DNA from: an uncultured Thermoplasmatales archaeon
GTDB lineage: Archaea; Thermoplasmatota; E2; DHVEG-1
DNA length: 64,000 bases
Direction: 5' to 3'
Assembly (NCBI GenBank): GCA_964527715.1
Contig: CAZGOD010000004.1
Location: 11,355 to 75,354 of the forward strand
This document shows, in pieces, positions 24,956-34,003 of the stretch; position 1 is the first letter of the stretch; each line of letters begins with the position of its first letter. Under the pieces are notes generated by a model. The model saw nothing but the letters and a program-made list of their open reading frames with translations, did not search any database and was not told the origin of the DNA. The position numbers and the translations under genes are program-made.

Positions 24956-26443
24956 ATGAAAAGAAAGACAAGTAAGATGCCTAAGAAAACCTTAGCTTTT
25001 GTTCTATTTATTTTAATGTTTACCTTAACTATTAGCTCAAGTATCGCTGCGCGATTTTTGGATCAGAATATATCTGAGATAAAAAATGAAAATAGTGTAT
25101 TTACTGACAGCACACAATACGATCTATTAATAATAGCCCCCGGCAGATACTCAAAACAACTTCAACCATTAATAAAACATAAAAACCAAATAGGAATCAC
25201 AACAAAGCTTGTAACACTCGCGCAAGTATACAAACAAACATTCTGGGAAGGAAGAGATCAACCAGAAAAAATCAAATACTTCATCAAAAACGCAATAGAA
25301 CACTGGAATATAACATACGTACTACTCATAGGAGACTACAGACAACTACCCGTAAGATACTGCTATAATGATTTTGAAGATGATCTTTTTACAGAACCGA
25401 GATTTATTTCTGATCTATATTACGCAGATATCTACGACAAACAAGGAAACTTCTCAAGCTGGGACACTAACAACAATGGAATATACGGAGAATGGAAAGG
25501 AGAAGAAGCACAAGATAAAAACATCGATCTATACCCTGATGTCTATTTAGGGAGATTAGCCTGCAAAAATAGACTGGAAGTAAAAACAGTAGTTAATAAA
25601 ATAATCACATATGAAACAAGTACATACAACCAATCATGGTTTAAAAACATGGTCGCAGTAGCAGGAGACACCTATCCGCATATAAATAATATATCTGAGG
25701 GGGAAGAAGCTACTCAGCAGGCAATAGATTACATGGATGGTTTTAACCCTATAAAACTCTGGGCATCCAATGGGGAGCTAATTACAATGGGTGGCCTGAA
25801 AATACTAAAAACAATCAATAAAGGATGCGGGTTCATCTACTTCGCAGGACATGGTAACCCACCTTTCTGGATTACAAATCCTCATAACGAAAGCGAAGGT
25901 GAAGGCATTGGTTTTTTTTCAATACTCCATATAAGATTTTTAACTAATGGGTATAAACTACCAGTTTGTATAGCACCTGGATGTGGAAATAGCATGATAG
26001 ATGTATCTCCACTAAATATATTCAAATCTGATGATTACTGGTATATCAGACTAAATAAATGGAATTATATTTCCGAATGCTGGAGCTGGCAAATGGTACG
26101 CAAACCTGGCGGAGGAGCAATAGCAACTATAGGCAGCACTGGGATAGGATGTTTAAAAGAGGATGAAAATGCTGGTGGGACTGGTGCATGGAGCTATCTA
26201 GCCACTCAATTTTTCTGGGAATATAGTGTAAACAGTAAAGATATACTGGGTGAAATGTGGGCAAAAACAACTAGTGATCATCTCAATGAATTCCCAATTA
26301 ATTGGAGTACACCCTCAATGAATCAAAATAGACCTGGGTCTGAGCCTGACGCTGTCAATGCTAGAACTGTTCAACAATGTCTACTGCTAGGCGATCCGAG
26401 CTTAAAAATAGGTGGATACAACATTAAAGAAGAAAAAGGTTAA
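24956..26443 (+). CDS. Secreted clan-CD cysteine peptidase, gingipain-like (family C25)
   Basis: Signal peptide. DLLIIAPGRYSKQLQPLIKHKNQIGITTKLVTLAQVY and YVLLIGD match the C25 N-terminal region. FAGHGNP is the His dyad, CIAPGCG the candidate catalytic Cys, and the C-terminal LLGDPSL matches C25. Confidence 0.6.
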   Translation: MKRKTSKMPKKTLAFVLFILMFTLTISSSIAARFLDQNISEIKNENSVFTDSTQYDLLIIAPGRYSKQLQPLIKHKNQIGITTKLVTLAQVYKQTFWEGRDQPEKIKYFIKNAIEHWNITYVLLIGDYRQLPVRYCYNDFEDDLFTEPRFISDLYYADIYDKQGNFSSWDTNNNGIYGEWKGEEAQDKNIDLYPDVYLGRLACKNRLEVKTVVNKIITYETSTYNQSWFKNMVAVAGDTYPHINNISEGEEATQQAIDYMDGFNPIKLWASNGELITMGGLKILKTINKGCGFIYFAGHGNPPFWITNPHNESEGEGIGFFSILHIRFLTNGYKLPVCIAPGCGNSMIDVSPLNIFKSDDYWYIRLNKWNYISECWSWQMVRKPGGGAIATIGSTGIGCLKEDENAGGTGAWSYLATQFFWEYSVNSKDILGEMWAKTTSDHLNEFPINWSTPSMNQNRPGSEPDAVNARTVQQCLLLGDPSLKIGGYNIKEEKG

Positions 26444-26453
26444 AATATAGTGA

Positions 26454-26837
26454 TTAGGCACGAGTGATTTTTTTTCTACCAAGTGCCTCTAGATATGATA
26501 TCTCTTTACCAGGTTGTAATTGATTTTTGAATTCATTAGGTACTGGCATTTCAAAAGTGTCATAGGTTTCCAAATCCATGAGTTGAACATTACTGCCCAT
26601 CAGAGCAAGAACCTGTGCAGTTCTTTTGTCAATAATTGGGACATGAACTTTATGTTTAACAGGGTGAACAACACTACGTTTCTGTCCATCGAAGACACCT
26701 ATTGCTTCAATTCTAGCTTTTGCTTCACCATGTTTCCCAGGTTTAGATGTAGAAATACTCATAATTTTACATGGCTCATCATCAATAATCATATAACGGT
26801 TTACTCGTAATGTTCTTACTTCTGCTAGTTGTTTCAT
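26454..26837 (-). CDS. eif5a: Translation initiation factor 5A (aIF5A)
   Basis: [23 protein letters not shown] contains the hypusine-loop lysine context. 127 aa. Confidence 0.85.
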   Translation of the reverse strand: MKQLAEVRTLRVNRYMIIDDEPCKIMSISTSKPGKHGEAKARIEAIGVFDGQKRSVVHPVKHKVHVPIIDKRTAQVLALMGSNVQLMDLETYDTFEMPVPNEFKNQLQPGKEISYLEALGRKKITRA

Positions 26838-26840
26838 ATT

Positions 26841-27116
26841 TTATTCCTCAGGTACTTTGTATACAACGTCGTGCTCTCTAACCCTGTCTTTGACTTTGAT
26901 GCCAACTGCATCACCGGCTTTAACAACCTGTACAGAGTTCCCGTCGATTTCCATACTATCAATTTTTTGTTTAAAATCGGTATGAGCACCTACGATGTGA
27001 ATAGTATCACCTACTTTTAGTTCTCCATCTGTTATTTTTATTGCAGCTACACTAATATGTGTAAAGAAATGCTCGACTAAACCAATTTTTTCCTCTACCA
27101 TATAATATGTCACCAA
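26841..27116 (-). CDS. Stand-alone EF-Tu domain-2-like beta-barrel protein
   Basis: KVGDTIHIVGAHTDFKQKIDSMEIDGNSVQVVKAGDAVGIKV follows the VGD..HIVG...T.....SME.....V..A.AGD.VGI pattern of GTP_EFTU_D2. 91 aa, with no GTPase domain. Confidence 0.45.
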   Translation of the reverse strand: MVTYYMVEEKIGLVEHFFTHISVAAIKITDGELKVGDTIHIVGAHTDFKQKIDSMEIDGNSVQVVKAGDAVGIKVKDRVREHDVVYKVPEE

Positions 27117-27152
27117 CCATTAATATAACAAGTCATACTTAAAAGGACACCA

Positions 27153-27527
27153 TTAATCACTTTCAACTATTTCATAGATAGCTTTTTTCCCATGCTTCAT
27201 GCAGATGAAAGCGTCCCATTTGGAATCCCAGTTCATAGGATTTCCACATTCAGGACACGCAAGATGATCAATTACTTGCCGGTGCTGTTTTATCCGAGTT
27301 TTTAAAACCTCTGCTTTAAATTTTTTAGTTGGATTAAGGGAATCCATTACGTAAACGTTGCCACTAGGGGGTAAAAATGGTGTACTGTCTTGTATCATTC
27401 TTTTTTTCCTATATGCTTTCATTTGCTGCTTGTATTTTTCCATCATTGTTTGTCTTCGTCCCATGATATCACCTAGGAATTGTTTTGAACCTGAATAAGG
27501 CTTTTGTTTTATAACCTCTTTCCTCAT
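27153..27527 (-). CDS. Hypothetical basic protein with a C-terminal zinc ribbon
   Basis: Lys/Arg-rich N-terminus; C-terminal CPECGNPMNWDSKWDAFICMKHG. Divergently transcribed from hel308. Confidence 0.4.
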   Translation of the reverse strand: MRKEVIKQKPYSGSKQFLGDIMGRRQTMMEKYKQQMKAYRKKRMIQDSTPFLPPSGNVYVMDSLNPTKKFKAEVLKTRIKQHRQVIDHLACPECGNPMNWDSKWDAFICMKHGKKAIYEIVESD

Positions 27528-27540
27528 ACAGAAAACGCAA

Positions 27541-29721
27541 ATGAAGTTGGATAAACTACCAGTTGATAAAGAAATAATTGAAATTCTAAAGGAACATGGA
27601 ATATCAGAGTTTTATCCTCCTCAGGCAAAAGCTTTACCATATGCATTGGATGGAAAAAACTTGGTTCTTTCTATTCCCACTGCTAGTGGTAAGAGTCTTG
27701 TTGCATATATTGCTATAGTGCATAGGTTACTTAAACAGGGCGGTAAAGCTCTTTATGTTGTTCCTTTGAAGGCACTTGCACGTGAAAAATATGAGGAACT
27801 AAAGCTTTTTGAAAAACTTGGACTAAAGGTAGGTATTTCAACTGGTGATCTTGATGATTCTGATCCTCGGCTTATTCGTTTTGATATAATTGTTTGTACT
27901 TCTGAGAAGGCGGATTCTCTTTTGCGGCATAAGATTACTTGGGTTGATAAGGTTAGGGTTCTTGTTGTTGATGAGATTCATTTGATTCATGATCCAAGTC
28001 GTGGTCCTACTTTAGAGGTTATTATTTCTCGTTTTAAAGCTTTGAATCCTGAGACGCAGATTATCGCTCTTTCTGCTACGATTAAGAATGCTACTGAGCT
28101 TTCTATTTGGTTAGATGGTAAGCTTATTGAGTCTGATTGGAGACCTGTTCCCCTTAGAGAGGGTGTATGTCTTAAAGATGAGATAAAATTTGATGATGGT
28201 AAAACTGAGAAGGTTGATGGTTCTGAGAAGAAATCTCTTGAAAGACTTGTTGAGAATTCAATTGTGAATGGTGGTCAGGTTCTTGTTTTTGTTAATACTC
28301 GTAGGTCAACGGTTTCTCTTGCAAGTAAATTAGGAGTTTTACTGGAAAAAAATCTATCGGGGGAAGATAAGAAAGGTTTGAAAAAACTTCTTACTTCAAC
28401 CAAGAGGGAGTTATCTGAGATAACATCTATTGATAGGAACTTGTTTTCCTGTATTGAACGGGGTGTCTCTTTTCATAATGCCGGTTTGTCTAGTATTCAA
28501 CGTAGGACTGTTGAACAGGGTTTCAAGGATCGTGTGATTAAGTGTATTGTTGCTACTCCTACGCTCGCTGCTGGTGTGAATATTCCTGCCCAGCGTGTTA
28601 TTATTCGTGATCTATGGCGTTATGATCCTAATTTTGGTATGCATCCTATTCCTATTTTTGAGTACAAGCAGCAGGCGGGTCGTGCTGGTCGTCCTCGTTA
28701 TGATAAGTTTGGTGAAGCTATTACTATTGCTAAGAATGATGAGCAGAAGGAGAAAATTTTCAATGAATATGTTCTTGGGGATATGGAATCAATTTTTTCT
28801 AAGCTTGGTAGTCAATCTGCGCTTCGTACACATTTGTTAGCAGCTATTGCTACTAATTTTGTAGATGATATGGATGGGATTTATAGGTTTATTGATAGTA
28901 CTTTTTATGCTTATCAATCTGATGTTTTTACTTTGAAAGACGAGATTGATATCGCTATTGATTTTTTGATTAGTAATGGTTTCATAGAACGGATCAATGA
29001 TGATAGGTTTATGTCAACCTTGTTTGGTAATAGAACTTCATCGTTGTATATTGATCCGCTTTCTGCTTTACAGCTTAAAAAAGCTCTTGAGGAATCCTGT
29101 AAAAAAGAACCTTCGACTTTGTCTTTTATTCATGCAGTTTGTTCAACTCCTGATGTTACCTCTCTTTATCTTAGACGTAGTGATACTTGGATAGAGGATA
29201 AAGCAGAAAAAAAACGAGGAGAGTTTTTACTTGAACCACCAGTTTTATCCAGTGATGAATACGAATGGTTTTTAAGTGATTTGAAAACAGCTTCATTAAT
29301 TGAGGATTGGGTTGAGGAATTACCTGAGGATAGAATTGTTACCAAATACAATGTTGGACCTGGTGATATACATGCACTTGTTGAAAAATCACAATGGCTT
29401 CTTCATGCTACAAGAGAGTTTGCCCGTATGTATAACTTTGATTACGTCTCAGATATAAGTGATCTATTAATCCGTGTTCAATATGGTTGTAAAAAGGAAC
29501 TACTTAATCTTGTATCTCTAAAAGGAATTGGACGAGTTAGAGCAAGAGCTTTATTCAACGAAGGATTTAAAACAGTTGGTGATTTACGTGGCATACCCCT
29601 GGGGAGACTTGCTCAGGTTAAAACAATAGGGGAAGGAGTTGCTAAAAGCATTAAAAGCCAAATAGGAGAAAGCGTTAAAGGAGAAGAAAAGGAACTATCA
29701 GAATTTGTTAGGAAGAAATAG
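27541..29721 (+). CDS. hel308: Hel308/Hjm-type Ski2-like DNA helicase
   Basis: YPPQAKA Q-motif, PTASGKS Walker A, DEIH motif II, SAT motif III, QQAGRAGRP motif VI, and a C-terminal winged-helix/HhH domain. 726 aa. Confidence 0.85.
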   Translation: MKLDKLPVDKEIIEILKEHGISEFYPPQAKALPYALDGKNLVLSIPTASGKSLVAYIAIVHRLLKQGGKALYVVPLKALAREKYEELKLFEKLGLKVGISTGDLDDSDPRLIRFDIIVCTSEKADSLLRHKITWVDKVRVLVVDEIHLIHDPSRGPTLEVIISRFKALNPETQIIALSATIKNATELSIWLDGKLIESDWRPVPLREGVCLKDEIKFDDGKTEKVDGSEKKSLERLVENSIVNGGQVLVFVNTRRSTVSLASKLGVLLEKNLSGEDKKGLKKLLTSTKRELSEITSIDRNLFSCIERGVSFHNAGLSSIQRRTVEQGFKDRVIKCIVATPTLAAGVNIPAQRVIIRDLWRYDPNFGMHPIPIFEYKQQAGRAGRPRYDKFGEAITIAKNDEQKEKIFNEYVLGDMESIFSKLGSQSALRTHLLAAIATNFVDDMDGIYRFIDSTFYAYQSDVFTLKDEIDIAIDFLISNGFIERINDDRFMSTLFGNRTSSLYIDPLSALQLKKALEESCKKEPSTLSFIHAVCSTPDVTSLYLRRSDTWIEDKAEKKRGEFLLEPPVLSSDEYEWFLSDLKTASLIEDWVEELPEDRIVTKYNVGPGDIHALVEKSQWLLHATREFARMYNFDYVSDISDLLIRVQYGCKKELLNLVSLKGIGRVRARALFNEGFKTVGDLRGIPLGRLAQVKTIGEGVAKSIKSQIGESVKGEEKELSEFVRKK

Positions 29722-29735
29722 TAGAAGGATAAAAT

Positions 29736-30257
29736 ATGATCAAGATAGCTGGTGCAGAGGGAGACATACAGAACGTTGATAGTTTTTTAAAAAACATTGA
29801 GAGTTTTGAGAAAGATCATGATGTTGTGATTCAAGCTTTTAACGCGAATCTAATATTTGGAGAAAAACATCTTATCTCTGCAGTAGAACATGCTATTAGA
29901 GCAATTAAGAGAAAAACTAATACCACTAAGTCTCTAGGTATGGAAATTTTGTTATACGCATCTGGGGAACGACAGTTAAAACTCGCCATCCCAAAGATGG
30001 GAGTTAAAAAAGGTAAAAACAGTGTTGCTTTTACTTTAGTAAATAGAATCGGAGAAAATGACGTAAAGATATCTGACAATCTAATTACTGAGTTGTTGAA
30101 AGGTTTATCTCTTAAGAGAAATGATAAAGTCTTGGAAGGTAGTAGTAAGACTCTTAAAAAATTTGGAATAAGTGATGATGAAGTTGGGACTGTGACGAAA
30201 GATAAATATGGTAATATTATTTTGGAAAAAGTCGCAATGGTCGACATCATTAAATAA
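29736..30257 (+). CDS. cgi121: Putative KEOPS subunit Cgi121
   Basis: VIQAFNANLIFGEKHLISAVEHAIRAIKRKTNTTKSLGMEILLYASGERQLKLAI resembles the conserved core of archaeal Cgi121. The size (173 aa) is in range. Confidence 0.5.
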   Translation: MIKIAGAEGDIQNVDSFLKNIESFEKDHDVVIQAFNANLIFGEKHLISAVEHAIRAIKRKTNTTKSLGMEILLYASGERQLKLAIPKMGVKKGKNSVAFTLVNRIGENDVKISDNLITELLKGLSLKRNDKVLEGSSKTLKKFGISDDEVGTVTKDKYGNIILEKVAMVDIIK

Positions 30258-30331
30258 GCCCGCATGAGGTAGTTTGGATATCCTGAAGGCTTGCGGAGCC
30301 TTCTACTCGGGTTCGAATCCCGATGCGGGCG
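30258..30331 (+). tRNA. tRNA-Arg (anticodon GCG)
   Basis: 7-bp acceptor stem GCCCGCA/UGCGGGC. Anticodon stem AAGGC/GCCUU with loop UUGCGGA (U33, G37). T-arm UCGGG-UUCGAAU-CCCGA. Discriminator G. No encoded CCA. The D-arm is less canonical: 3-bp AGG/CCU with an internal GGATATCC palindrome. Confidence 0.85.
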
Positions 30332-30341
30332 TAAAAAACAC

Positions 30342-31073
30342 TCAATTTTTTTTGTTAAATATGTAAAATAGAATTGCAATTAATGCTATATGATATGCAA
30401 ATCCTATCCCTAAATGGACAATGTCGAGTGTCCCATTTTGGAGTACAGAGTCAAGCGACATAATTGTCCAAAAGTTTGGAATTGGGCTAAATATGTATTT
30501 AAGATTACCAAGGTTGAGGAAAAAGGCAAATAATGGAAGTATAAATACTGTTCCAGAAATTTTGAAAATAGCGAAAGCTTGTACTTTATTTGATGCAAAT
30601 GAACTTACCAATAACGCAAGAAATGGTGTAAAAAGCGCAAACAATATAGCAACTGGAATATACGCAGAGTATGAAAATTGTGTGCCATCTACAAGTCCTG
30701 AGAGCGGAGGAAATATTAGCAACACAATAAAGGCAAAAAGTGACATAAAAAACATACGATATACTAGATAGCTATTTCTTGATATAGGCATAACTCGTAG
30801 AACTGTTAGTAAATGCTCATCTCTTTCATCTAGTATTAAAAATCCAACAATGAAACTGAAAATCATTGGAATCGCTATCGAAAAAAACATAAAAAGTAAT
30901 GGAAAATTTGCTGCAAGAGGAAACACATTTTCAATTCTTGGCGCGATCAAATGTACAATTATTCTTGAAAATACAATTAACATAACTGGATAAAGAAACA
31001 ATAAAAAAACAAGGAGACGATCCCGTATAACGTTTCTTAAGTCATTAACTGCAAGTTTGAGGATATATACCAT
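30342..31073 (-). CDS. ABC-2 type transporter permease
   Basis: 243 aa with 6 TM helices, in an operon with an ABC ATPase. Confidence 0.55.
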   Translation of the reverse strand: MVYILKLAVNDLRNVIRDRLLVFLLFLYPVMLIVFSRIIVHLIAPRIENVFPLAANFPLLFMFFSIAIPMIFSFIVGFLILDERDEHLLTVLRVMPISRNSYLVYRMFFMSLFAFIVLLIFPPLSGLVDGTQFSYSAYIPVAILFALFTPFLALLVSSFASNKVQAFAIFKISGTVFILPLFAFFLNLGNLKYIFSPIPNFWTIMSLDSVLQNGTLDIVHLGIGFAYHIALIAILFYIFNKKN

Positions 31074-31078
31074 TTTTC

Positions 31079-31795
31079 TTATCCTCCTTTCAATACTATA
31101 TGCTTATAAAATGCCTTTTTTGCTAGGAAATAAAGCAGTCCGATCCATAATACTTGATAACCAATTCCATATGCTATCTCCCACAACTCCAGGCTAGCGG
31201 CATTAAAAACACCGGTAAAGAGAGTAAATGATGCTTGTGTAGGCCATAAGTAGAATATCACGTTTTCATATAGTCCAGATAAATGTAGCATTGGAGGAAA
31301 AAGTAGTCCTAGAAATGCGATCAACATGGCAAGTAAGTATTCATTAATGCTGTTTACACGAGAGACTAGGATAAATCCCAGAAGAATAAGCATAACCGAT
31401 GTAAGAATGATTCCTAATGCTAGAAATAATATGTTAAAATCAATACCGCTAAAAATATTCAACAGAGTCACGAATATTGCTGCGGATATAATTGATAGGA
31501 TTGTAAGTGATAGTATCTTTGATAAAAGATAATCATCTACTTTCATAGGGGTTATTACTAAAGCTTGAAGTACGTTTTCTGATTTTTCAAACAACACCAA
31601 TGCGCCTACAAACATTATGCCAATTATTGCCGGGTCAAAAAATAACAGCATTGTATGAAAAATTGGTCGGTTCATATCCTCTATAGCTTGAGTTGTAAGA
31701 AAATATAAAATTACACTTAGAATCGAAAGGTGAATAATCTTATATCTAGACAAAAGGACGAATTCCCATTTGAGCATATTTTTCAGATTACTCAT
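31079..31795 (-). CDS. ABC-2 type transporter permease
   Basis: 238 aa with 6 TM helices. 4-nt overlap with the upstream ATPase gene. Confidence 0.55.
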   Translation of the reverse strand: MSNLKNMLKWEFVLLSRYKIIHLSILSVILYFLTTQAIEDMNRPIFHTMLLFFDPAIIGIMFVGALVLFEKSENVLQALVITPMKVDDYLLSKILSLTILSIISAAIFVTLLNIFSGIDFNILFLALGIILTSVMLILLGFILVSRVNSINEYLLAMLIAFLGLLFPPMLHLSGLYENVIFYLWPTQASFTLFTGVFNAASLELWEIAYGIGYQVLWIGLLYFLAKKAFYKHIVLKGG

Positions 31796-32646
31796 TTCAA
31801 CTGCCTACCTGTGGCTTTAATAAATATATCATCCAGAGTTGCTTCTGCTGTATGAATTGTCTGAACATTTCCACTTCTCAAAAGATTCAAAAAACTGCCG
31901 TTATCTGCAATATTCTTGAGATCAAACTCTTTACTTTTCAACTCATCATTTTTTAGATATTCCACTTTAACAACTTTTTTACCGTGTCTAATTTTTAGTT
32001 CTCTGGGGCTTTCAATTAAAACCAATTTTCCATCAACAATAAAACCTACTTGATCACAGAGCTCATCAGCATCATTCATGTTATGAGTTGTGAGAAAAAT
32101 TGCTTTGCCTTCTTTCCTTTTTTGTTTAATTATGTTTTTAATTAATCGTGAGTTAATTGGGTCAAGACCTGTAGTAGGTTCATCGAGGAAAAGAACTTCA
32201 GGATTATTTAGTAAGGATCTTGCAAAGTTAAGTTTTGATTTCATTCCTTTTGAAAAGGTTCCAACTCGCTGGTTTGCATCTTCTTCAAGTTCTACCATTT
32301 TTAAAAGTTGCATAGGTGGAATTGTTCTTCGACGGTAAAATGATGCGAAAAGTTCAAGGTTTTCTAAGGCTGTAAGTTTTTGATAATGATTAGGAAGTTC
32401 AAAACCAACTCCAATTCTATTATAAAGATCTGTTTTCCAACTTTGAAGGTTTTTACCAATGATTTCCACATTTCCTCCATATCCTCTTAAAAGTCCGATT
32501 ATTACTTTTTGTGTTGTGGTTTTACCTGCACCATTTGGACCAAGAAAACCAAATATTTCTCCTTTTTTAATCCCAAATGAAACACCATTTACTGCTTTTT
32601 TATTTGATTTTGGGTAAGTAAATTCTAGGTTTTGTACCTTTAACAT
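31792..32646 (-). CDS. ABC transporter ATP-binding protein
   Basis: GPNGAGKTT Walker A, FSKGMKSKLNFA signature-like motif, LFLDEPTTGLD Walker B, H-loop TTH. Confidence 0.85.
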   Translation of the reverse strand: MLKVQNLEFTYPKSNKKAVNGVSFGIKKGEIFGFLGPNGAGKTTTQKVIIGLLRGYGGNVEIIGKNLQSWKTDLYNRIGVGFELPNHYQKLTALENLELFASFYRRRTIPPMQLLKMVELEEDANQRVGTFSKGMKSKLNFARSLLNNPEVLFLDEPTTGLDPINSRLIKNIIKQKRKEGKAIFLTTHNMNDADELCDQVGFIVDGKLVLIESPRELKIRHGKKVVKVEYLKNDELKSKEFDLKNIADNGSFLNLLRSGNVQTIHTAEATLDDIFIKATGRQLK

Positions 32647-32831
32647 TTCATATCACATCCTCAGAATGATAGGCGTTTTATCCAATCATTCCTGCTCCAA
32701 AAACAGTGCTATATATACTTAGCATACATAATTAAATTGTGCAATACATGTATGATAGTTTATATTTATCTTCCGTTATTTCTGTAGTAAAAACTCTGAA
32801 AAATGATCTTTTACTTGTTTAAAAGTTATTT

Positions 32832-33257
32832 TTATAACTTTCCCGCGAACTCATCGAGCTTCGATTCCCAGCCCTTCATAAGACCATTTCCGGTTTGAGA
32901 ACCATCCCCGACCTGGAAATCCACACCCGCTATTTTCACCATGTTCTTCTTGCAGAGGAGCTTATCCATCTTGTAAAGCCAGTTCTTTTTCATTCCATGG
33001 GTGTTAATTATGCCATACTTTTTTTCTCCCATCCCCTCTAGCTTCTTCATGAACGTCCTCATGTTCTTTTGAATGTTGAATGCCTCCGTTGGAGCGGAGA
33101 AAACATAAAAATCTGCCTTAGGCATGGCAGCTGGATCTGCTTCATCAGTCTTGAAAATCTGCGTCTCAGCCCCTTTCTGCTTCAGCTTTTTCGCCAGATG
33201 ATCAACAACCTTCTTACCATTACCATATCTTGACCAATAAACAATGACGTAATTCAT
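32832..33257 (-). CDS. Flavodoxin-like fold protein
   Basis: MNYVIVYWSRYGNGKKVVDHLAKKL matches the flavodoxin N-terminal phosphate-binding loop. 141 aa. The coding sequence is visibly GC-richer than the surrounding genes. Confidence 0.6.
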   Translation of the reverse strand: MNYVIVYWSRYGNGKKVVDHLAKKLKQKGAETQIFKTDEADPAAMPKADFYVFSAPTEAFNIQKNMRTFMKKLEGMGEKKYGIINTHGMKKNWLYKMDKLLCKKNMVKIAGVDFQVGDGSQTGNGLMKGWESKLDEFAGKL

Positions 33258-33365
33258 AAGTTCACCAAAAGGAGATTTAGGTTCTCTTATAAAAATGTAA
33301 TATAAATATTCTATATATTTAACACATATTTTATTATAGGCACAAACTAGTAAAAATAAATATCA

Positions 33366-33392
33366 AGGCTCGAATCCACAGATGCGGGGACG
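33366..33392 (+). other. tRNA 3'-end-like fragment (T-loop plus acceptor 3' strand motif), possibly an att-site remnant
   Basis: AGGCTCGAATCCACAGATGCGGGGACG shares TCGAATCC and GATGCGGG with the 3' end of the tRNA-Arg at 30310-30331. No complete tRNA can be folded here. Same orientation as the tRNA. Confidence 0.3.
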
Positions 33393-33735
33393 ATATCTTT
33401 TTTTGCCCTTACTCTTTTTGTTTTATCATTTTATTAAAACATGGGAAGAAATTTTCTATAGACTCTAGCTTCCACATTAAAATACCAAAGTCATCCTCCC
33501 CGATACCATCTACATTGCTTTCTAAAATGTTTTCCATTTTACTTTACCAAGAAAATGTTTCTAGTTCATAGTATTTATAATTTTCCCTGTCAATTTCAAA
33601 AAAACATATTTTATGAAACATTTTTTAAAAAATAACTTTCTTAAGAGTAAATATGTTACAAAGATGCTTTAGAAAGGTTTAATAGCATGGGCATAATGAA
33701 TAACTGTAGTAAGGTTTAAAGTCATTGGAGAGGAA

Positions 33736-33972
33736 ATGAGGAAATGTTATAATTGTGGGCGGATCGTTACATTTAGCGACAGAGCATGCCCATACTGTGG
33801 AACAGATCTAAAAACCTTTGAATTCTGCCCAAAATGTAAATCCAAAATAGAGGGAAAACCTGATTTTTGTAGTAACTGCGGAGAAAAACTCTACACAGTT
33901 TGCAAAAACTGTAAAAAAAAGATATTAGGAAAACCAAAGTTTTGTCCAAATTGTGGAGCAATACTAGGCTGA
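33736..33972 (+). CDS. Double/multiple zinc-ribbon (DZR-like) small protein
   Basis: Six CxxC pairs in 78 aa (CYNCG, CPYCG, CPKCK, CSNCG, CKNCK, CPNCG). Confidence 0.55.
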   Translation: MRKCYNCGRIVTFSDRACPYCGTDLKTFEFCPKCKSKIEGKPDFCSNCGEKLYTVCKNCKKKILGKPKFCPNCGAILG

Positions 33973-34003
33973 AAACAAATAGAATAACTTCTCAACAAGA
34001 CAT

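Noticed and set aside
33366-33392. Second complete tRNA gene
   Set aside because: Only T-loop and acceptor 3' motifs are present. The upstream sequence is AT-rich and cannot form acceptor, D or anticodon stems. Reported as a fragment only.
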